Assembly: GCF_009914755.1 (NCBI RefSeq)
Contig: NC_060945.1
From: the human T2T-CHM13v2.0 reference genome, Homo sapiens
DNA length: 64,000 bases
Direction: 5' to 3' (one strand)
Below are positions 51,056-64,000 of the stretch, one piece after another; positions within the stretch are counted from its first letter, which is position 1; the number at the start of each line of letters is the position of its first letter. The position numbers and the translations under genes are program-made. The notes beneath the pieces are model-generated. The model was not told the origin of the DNA. It saw only the letters and a program-made list of their open reading frames with translations, and searched no databases.

Positions 51056-51401
51056 GGGCTGCTGAGCACTGCTTGGATAAGCCAGGTGCAATGTGCATTA
51101 TTGAAGGCCCTGTGGACAGCTGGGATAGCCCAGTGATGCCCAAGGGCCTAGTCAGAAGTGGACAAAGCACTTATTTGGATGGACCTGGGAGATCCTGCTC
51201 AGAGATTCTGACAGGACAAAGGTAAAGGAAGGGCCAGAGTGGCTGGAGAGATGGTCACAGTCTATGGGCTGCACAGGATGGAGGAGGCCAGGGAACAGGC
51301 AGGGTGGGCAGTTGGGGTTCAGGGAGAGGCAGGTGCATGCTGGGAGGTCAGACCCTGTGAGGGCTTTGGGGGCGTCAGGTTGGGTAGGCTCCAGGCACTC
51401 T

Positions 51402-52815
51402 TGCTCACATAGGATTCCAGAACACTGCTACAAGGCTCTGAGTGTTTGTCCCTCACATAGGATTCCAGAACACTGCTGCCATTGTCTGAATGTTTGTCCC
51501 CGACATAGGATTCCAGAAGCCTGCTGCTGGGGTCTGAATGTTTGTCCCCCATCTAGGATTCCAGAACACTGCTGCGAGGGTCTGAATGTATGTCCCTCAC
51601 ATATGATTCTAGAATATTGATGCTAGGGTCTGTATGTTTGCCCCTAACATATGATTTCAAAACACTGCTCCTGGATTCTGAATGTTTGTCCTTCACATAG
51701 GAATACAGAACACTGCTGCTGGAGTCTGAATGTTTGTCACTCACATAGAATTCCAGAACACTGCTGCGAGGATCTGAATGTTTGACCCTCACATGGGATT
51801 CCAGAACACTGCTGCGAGGGTCTAAATGTCTGTCTCTCACATAGGTTCCCAGCACAATGTTACGAGGTTCTGAATGTTTGTCCCTAACATAGGATTTCAG
51901 AGCACTCCTGCTGTGCTCTGAATGCTTCTCCCTCACATAGGATTCCAGAACACTGCTATGAGGGTCTGAATGTTTATACCTCTTATAGGATTCCAGAACA
52001 CTCCTGCTGTGGTCTGAATGTTTGTCCCTCACATAGGATTCCAGAACATTCATGCTGGGGTCTCAATGTTTCCCTTAACATAGGATTTCAGAACACTGCT
52101 CTTGGGGTCTGAATGTTTGTCCCTCACATAGGATTACAGAACACTGCTGCTGGAGTCTGAATGTTTGTCAGTCACATAGAATTCCAGAACACTGCTACAA
52201 GGGTGTGAATATTTTTCCCTCACCTAGTATTCCAGAACACTGTTGCAAGGGTCTGCATGTTGGTCCATCATATAGGATTCCAGAACACTGCTGCTGTGGT
52301 CTGAATGTTTGTCCCTCACATAGAATTCCGGAACACTGCTACAAGGGTCTGAATGTTTGTCCTTCACATACCATTCCAGAACACTGCTGCCGTGGTCTGA
52401 ATGTATGTCCCTCACATAGGATTCCAGAACACTGCTACTAGGTTCTGAATGTTTTTCCCACACCTAGGATTCCAGAACACTTCTGCTGGTGTCTGAATGG
52501 TTGTCCCTCACATATGATTCCAGGACACTGCTATGAGAGTCTTAATGTTTGTCCTTCACATAGAATTCCAGAACACTGCTCCCGTGGTCTGAATGTTTGT
52601 CCCTCACATAGCATTCCAGAACACTGCTACAAGGGTTTGAAAGTTTGTCCCTCACATAGGATTCCACAACACTACTGCTGGGGTCTGAATGTTTGGCCCT
52701 CACATAGGATTCTAGAACACTCCAGCTGGCTTCTGAGTGTTTGTCCCTCACATAGGATTCCTGAACACTGCTGCTGTCGCTATAGTCGTTGTGAGTGTCT
52801 GAATGTTTGACCTTC
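51402..52815 (+). repeat. CER (48-bp centromeric) satellite, about 29 units
   Basis: Tandem tcacataggattccagaacactgctgctggggtctgaatgtttgtccc; 16-aa periodicity in the ORF track. Confidence 0.9.
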
Positions 52816-52817
52816 AA

Positions 52818-52948
52818 CAAACACCAAATATCCTGGCCCTTTAGTCTTGGACTTTCCAGCCTCCAGATCTGTGAACAATAATCTCTGTTGTTTATGAATT
52901 ACTCAGTCTGAAGTATTTTGTTATAGTAGCCTAAAGAGACTAAGAGAG
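52818..52948 (+). mobile_element. MaLR (MLT1A/MST-like) LTR 3' end
   Basis: tcttggactttccagcctccagatctgtgaacaataatctctgttgtttatgaattactcagtctgaagtattttgttatagtagcctaaagagactaaga. Confidence 0.82.
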
Positions 52949-52989
52949 CATCACCTGCCCTGTCACCTCATCACCGCATTACTGAAGCT

Positions 52990-54866
52990 ATACTAACAGC
53001 AGTCACTTTACGTGGGTGCTTCATGCATGAGAATAAAGGGAAAAAATTGCAAGGCATACTAAAATCCAAAAAAAGAAAAAAATATAATTTGTGTCAAAAG
53101 AGCAAGCTTCAGAAGCAGACAAAGATATGACTTTGGAATTTTTTTTAAACCTCTGGAGAATATGCTAAGGGCCTAATGAATGAAGTAGACAGTATTCAAG
53201 TGTAGATGGGTAATGTTATCAGAAAGACAAACATCGTAAGAACTTTCAACATAATGTAGTGATGAAAAACGTGGTAAATAACTGAAGAATACCTCTGATG
53301 GCTTATTAGTAGACTGGACTCAGCTCAGTAAAAATCTCTGAGCTTGAGGATTTATCATCAGAAACTTCAAAAACTAAAGAAAAGAAACACTGAAAAGAAC
53401 AGAAGATGATATTCAAGACTGTGGGACAACTACAAAAAGTGAAACAGAGTAATGAGAATACCAGGAGGAGAAGAAATAGAGGAAAGTTCTGTAACAACCA
53501 TGTCTGAGAACTTCCAGTATTAATGTCAGACACCAAACCAAAGATCCAGGAAGCTCCGAGAACACCAGGCAGAATAAATGCCAACAACCTACACTTGGAC
53601 ATATAATTTTCAAACTCTATGAAATAAAAGATAAAGGAAAACTCTGAAAGAAACCAGAGGTGGGGCAGAAAACACCTTACCTACAGAGACACAAAGATAA
53701 GAACTGCATTCAACATTGCAGAAACTGTGAAAGCAAGAAGACAGTGAAATGAAAAATTCAAAATGTTGACAGAAAAAAACCCACCAACCTAAGTTTCTGT
53801 ACCCACTGAAACCACCCTTCAAAAGTGAAGGAGAATTAAGGCCTTCCTCAGAAAAATAAAAATTCAAGAAACTTGTTGCCAGGAGACCTGTCTTGCAAGA
53901 AATGTTAAATGAAATTCTTTAGGGAAACAAAAGATATGTAACTGAAACCTGGATCAACATTTTTTTAAAAAGAGCATTAAAGAAAGAATTGTGGTACAAT
54001 AAAAACCTATGTATTTATTCTTAATTGATCTGACCAAGAAGTTCATAGACAATAACAAATACACACAGATAGATTATGTATGCTTATACACAATTGAAAT
54101 GAGTAACATTAATACAAGGAATGGAATGGAAGGATTGGAGGGAGGCATTGTGGTACAATAAAAACATGTATTTATTCATAATTGATCTGACCAATAAGTT
54201 TGTAGATAATAATAAATACACACAGATAGATTATGTATGCTTATACACAAGTGAAATAAGGAAAAATAATACAAGGAATGGAATGGAAGGATGGGAGGGA
54301 GGAATCAGGTGTTTTCTTTGTTAAGCAGGTAGTCACCCATGAAGTGGGATAGTGTTATCTGAAAGTGGACTTGAATTGGTTGTAAATGTATATTGAGGAA
54401 TTAGGTGTGTTCTTTGTTAAGCAGGTAGTCTTATTTGTGGGATAGTGGGATAGTGTTATTTGAAAGTGGACTTGAATTTGTTGTAAATGTTACTGAGGAA
54501 TTAGGTGTTTTGTTTGTTAAGCAGGTAGTCTTATTTGTGGGATAGTTGGATAGTGTTATTTGAAAGTGGACTTGCATTGGTTGTAAATGTATATTGCAAA
54601 TTCTGTGGCAACTAGTTAAAAAAGGTTTTAAAAAGAGAAGTACGTGCTAAGAAAGACAGGGAAAATGTAGTCATCTAAAATCATCAATGAAAACTGCAAA
54701 AGGGAGAAAAAGAGTGGTAGACAAAAGAATGGAGACTGAGGAGAATGAATAGAAAACAGTAACAAATATAGTAGATATTAATCCAATGATATCAATAATC
54801 ACTTTGAATGTTAATGGTATGAATGTACCAATTCAAAGGTAGAGATTGTCACAGTCTGTCAAAAGA
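52990..54866 (+). mobile_element. Ancient L1M ORF1/inter-ORF region with local tandem duplications
   Basis: gatggcttattagtagactggac, ccaaagatccaggaagctccgagaacacc, cccttcaaaagtgaaggagaatt; ~159-bp dimer 53989-54302 and ~100-bp trimer 54299-54596. Confidence 0.75.
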
Positions 54867-55534
54867 CAGACACATCTTGTTTCACTGCACTTTGCTTTAT
54901 TGTGTTTTGTGACCATGTGTTTTACATATTGAAGGTTTGTGGCCACCCTGCAATAAGCAGGTCTGACTGGCACCATTGTTCCTACAGCACGTGCTCACTT
55001 CACGTCTCTGTGTCACATTTCGGTCATTCTCACAGTATTTTAAGATTCTTATTATTGAATCTGTTGTGGTGATCTGTAATCAGTGATCTTTAATGCTACT
55101 GTTGTCATTGTTTTGGGAACCACAAATCACACCAGGATAAGACAGCAAACAATTGACATATGCGTTTGTTCTGACTGCCCAACCAACGGGCCATTTCTCT
55201 TTCTCTTTTTCTCAGGCTTCTTTTTATTAATATTAAAATGTGGCCAATTAATAACCCTACAATAGCCTCTATATGTTCATGAAAGAAGAGTTGCATGTCT
55301 GTCACTTTAAACCAAAAGGAAGAAATAATTAAGCTTAGTGAGGAAGGCATGCTGTAAGCAAGACAGGCCAGTAGCTAGACCTCATGCAACAAACACTTAG
55401 CCAAGTTGTGAATGCAAACGAAGTGTTCTGGAAAGAAATTTAAAGTACTGCTCCAGTGAACACATGAATGATAAAAAGCTAAACAATCTTGCTGCTGTTA
55501 TGAAGAAAGTTTAATTGGTCTAGATAGAAGATGA

Positions 55535-55887
<353 letters not shown>

Positions 55888-56745
55888 TCTCTTCAATTCT
55901 ATGAAGACTTAGAGTGGTGAGGCAGCTGCAGAAGGAAAGTCTGAAGCTAGAAGAGCTTGTTTCTTGATGTTTAAGGAAAAAAGTCATCTCCATAACATAA
56001 AAGCGCAAGATAAAGCAGCAAGTACTGATGGAAAAGCTGCAGAAAGCTATCTAGAAGATAACTGATTAAGATGGCTACACTAAATAGATTTGCAATGGAG
56101 ACAAAACAGCCTTCTACTAGAAGGAGATGCCATCTAGGATGTTCCCAGCTAGAGAGGAGTTGATGCCTGGCTTTAAGGCTTCAAAGGACATGCTGACTCT
56201 TTTGTTAAGGGCTAATGCAGTTGGTGATGTTAACTTGAAACCAATGATGATTTATTATTCTGAAAATCCAAGGGCCCTGAAGAATTATGATAAAACACAG
56301 CTCTGTCTGTACTCTACAAATGGGAACAAAGCCTGGATGACAGACTATCGTTTTACAAATACGGTTTACTGAATATCTTAAGCCCACTGTTGACACCTAC
56401 TGCTCAAGAAATAAGATTCCTTTCAAAGTATTACCGCTCACTGACAATGCCCCTGGTACTCAAGGGCTTTTACAGAGATGTATAAAGAGCTGAATATTGT
56501 TTTCATGCCTACTAAACCAACATTCATTCTGGTGCCCTTGGATCAAAGAATAATTTCAACTTTCAAGTCTTATCACTTAAAAAATATATTTCATAAAGCT
56601 ATAGCTTCTCTAGAAAGTGATTCCTTTGATGGATCTGGGCAAAATAATTGAAAACCTACTGGAAAGGATTCACCATTTTAGATGCCATTGAGAACATTCA
56701 TGATTTTAAAAATAAGACCAAAATAGCAACATTAGGAGAAGTTGG

Positions 56746-57046
<301 letters not shown>

Positions 57047-57627
57047 AGTTGGGAAGATTATTCCAACCGTCACAGATGACACAGGGGTTCACCACTTCTG
57101 TGGAGGAGGTAACTGCAGATATGGTGGAAATAACAAGAGCACTAGAATCAGAGACAGAGCCTGAAGATCTGGCGAGACTGCAGAAGCCTCTGGAGAAAAC
57201 GTGAGTGGATGAGTTGCTTCCACGGATGAGCAAAGAATGTGGTTTCTTGAGATGAAATCTACTCGTGGTGAAGACAGTGTCAACAATGTTGAGATGACAA
57301 CAGATTTAGAATAAATTTAGTTGGTACAGCAGAAGGAGGGCTTGACAGAATTGAACCCAATGATTTACAATAATACATAAACTTACTTGGTACAGCTGTA
57401 CGAAGGCTTGACAGGATTGAATCCAATTTTGAAAGTTCTACTGTGGGTAAAAAGCTATCAAACAACATCGTATGCTACAGATAATTCTTTTGTGAAAGGG
57501 AGAGTCAATTGACACAGCAAACTTCAATGGTGTCTTATTTTAAGAAATTGCCACAGCCACCCCAACGCTCAGCAACCACCACCTTACATTAAGGCAAGAC
57601 CCTCCATCAGCAAGAAGACTGAAACTT

Positions 57628-57895
57628 GGCCAGGTGCAGTGGCTCACACCTGTCATCCCAACACCTTGGGAGGCCAAGGTGGGTAGATTGCTTGAGCCCA
57701 GGAAGTCAAGGCAACATGGCAAAACCCCAACTCTACAAAAAAAGAAAATACAAAAATTAGCTGGACACGGTGGCATGCATCTGTAGTTTCATCTAGTCAG
57801 GAGTCTGAGGTGGGGGTTTGATTGAGCATGAGGTTGAGGCTGCAATTACTCCAGCCTGAGCCACAGAGTAAAACCCTGTCACGCACACAAAAAAA
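57628..57895 (+). mobile_element. Old Alu (AluJ-like) with internal deletions
   Basis: ggccaggtgcagtggctcacacctgtcatcccaac...attgcttgagcccagga. Confidence 0.88.
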
Positions 57896-58141
57896 GATTG
57901 CAGCTTTCTGAAGGCTCAGATGACTGTTAGCACTTGTTAACAATAAAGTATTTGTAAATTAAAGTGTGCATACTTTGTAGACATATGCTATTGCACACTT
58001 TATACAGCACAGTATAAACATACTTTTACATGCACTGGAAAACCAAAAGAAATTGTATAACTCACTTTATTGCAGTGGTCTGGAACCAAACCCACATATA
58101 TCTCTGATGCATGGCCGTCCTGTATTGTACACTTAAAATAA

Positions 58142-60041
<1,900 letters not shown>

Positions 60042-60099
60042 TGGAATTTTTTTCTAAAATTTACATTTCTGAGTTAAGAATGCTTAAAATATTATAAAA

Positions 60100-62975
<2,876 letters not shown>

Positions 62976-62977
62976 CC

Positions 62978-63188
62978 AGTTGAGTGTCCCTTATTTGAAA
63001 TGCTTGGGATGTGTTTCAGATTTTGTAATATTTGGATTATTCTTACTGGTTGAGGATCTCAAATTCAAACACCTGAGTCTGAGATGCTCCAATAAGCATT
63101 TCCTTTGCTTGTCATGTTGGCACTCAAAAAGTTTCAGACTTTGGAGCATTTGGGATTTCAGATTTTTGGATCAGAGACATTCAACCTA
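62978..63188 (+). mobile_element. Tigger4a/MER46A non-autonomous DNA transposon
   Basis: cagttgagtgtcccttatttgaaatgcttggga...gcactcaaaaagtttcagactttggagcattt...tcaacct. Confidence 0.8.
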
Positions 63189-64000
63189 TAGTTGCTCATC
63201 ATGTATCTCATAAGAAGTGAACATTCAGAATACGTAAAGAACTCCTACAGAGAGACTACCAGAAGCAGAGAGGAGCAAACACATTTTCACACTAGGGAAC
63301 CTCCTATCTCTCCTGGATTCCAATTAGGGCAGAGTAAGTGCTAGTTCTCTGCCAACCCAGGATTAGGTCCTGCAGCTGCAGTGAAAATAATCACAGAAGA
63401 AAACTAAGAAATAAAAAATGGAGAAAGTGAGACATCAAACTAGAATTACTAGAAACCCCCAGGAAGAAGGAAAAAAAATCCAAGAAAACAGAAAAACAAT
63501 CAAACCAGTTAATTAAACCTTGGTGTGACCAGAAGATCAGGGTTTCCTAAAGGAGTGGAAATTTATTGACTTGAAGAGGATTTATTGATTACTGATTTGA
63601 AGAGGAAGAAAACCATGAATGGTCTAAAGCAAAAGCCTAGTGTCTGAAGAAGTCAGTAGGGTGAAAACAAGAGCTGGCCAGAATGTCCACAGATGGTGAC
63701 AAGTTTGCAAAGCCTTTACTGGACTACTTGTGAAGCTAACTAGAGGCCAAGGAGCCAACACTGACCCTGTCCTTACAGAGAGACCCTACACAGGATTCCC
63801 AGATATACATGGAAGGACAACATCTTATCAGGTCCTCTCTGTGCAGATGTGGTTATCATTCCAAATAATGAGCTCCAGCCCCAAGACTGTTCCATCCTCA
63901 ATTGCTTTGAGTGGGCAATGTAGGCTCTCCACAGACGAGCTACATGTAGGTTCTTTGGGTACCCAGATGGGAGCCGTGAAACATAAACCCTCCATGGTCA

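Noticed and set aside
51264-52820. Cys/His-rich repeat ORFs (CPSHRIPEHCC) resembling zinc-binding proteins
   Set aside because: 16-aa periodicity is the 48-bp CER satellite read in frame, with scattered stops.
56127-56372. Domesticated TIGD1-like transposase gene
   Set aside because: Short fragment of a Tigger1 with stops, frameshifts and Alu insertions.
63250-64000. Possible ERV/LTR fragment at the window end
   Set aside because: No motif I could assign with confidence; needs RepeatMasker.

Overview
This is primate (human or ape-like) nuclear DNA with the mosaic structure of a pericentromeric or acrocentric segmental duplication. I find no intact protein-coding gene and nothing prokaryotic. 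In order: an old L1 interrupted by an LTR1; a ~3.9-kb 76-bp palindromic (SATR-type) satellite with two strand switches; an old NUMT (COX3, tRNA-Gly, ND3); and the last five exons of an ANKRD26-family (ANKRD18/ANKRD20A-like) pseudogene. Two paralogous direct blocks follow (~18.8-36.6 kb and ~45.2-51.4 kb), each built from an SNX18 processed pseudogene, MST-type MaLR sequence and a GGTCAGT minisatellite. Block 1 expanded a ~3.2-kb MaLR macrosatellite, whereas block 2 expanded a hairpin-bearing ~0.7-kb unit. Between them is an ACTB 3'UTR retrocopy joined to an ANKRD26/POTE coiled-coil exon, which looks like the 3' junction of the POTE-actin fusion, followed by an L1 carrying a MIR3118-like hairpin. 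The window ends with a 48-bp CER satellite running into a MaLR LTR 3' end, a near full-length Tigger1, old L1s and an Alu cluster. A recurring theme is short, locally templated, mostly inverted insertions that create hairpins. Family names are from recalled consensus sequences and need RepeatMasker/BLAST confirmation; repeat boundaries are approximate.
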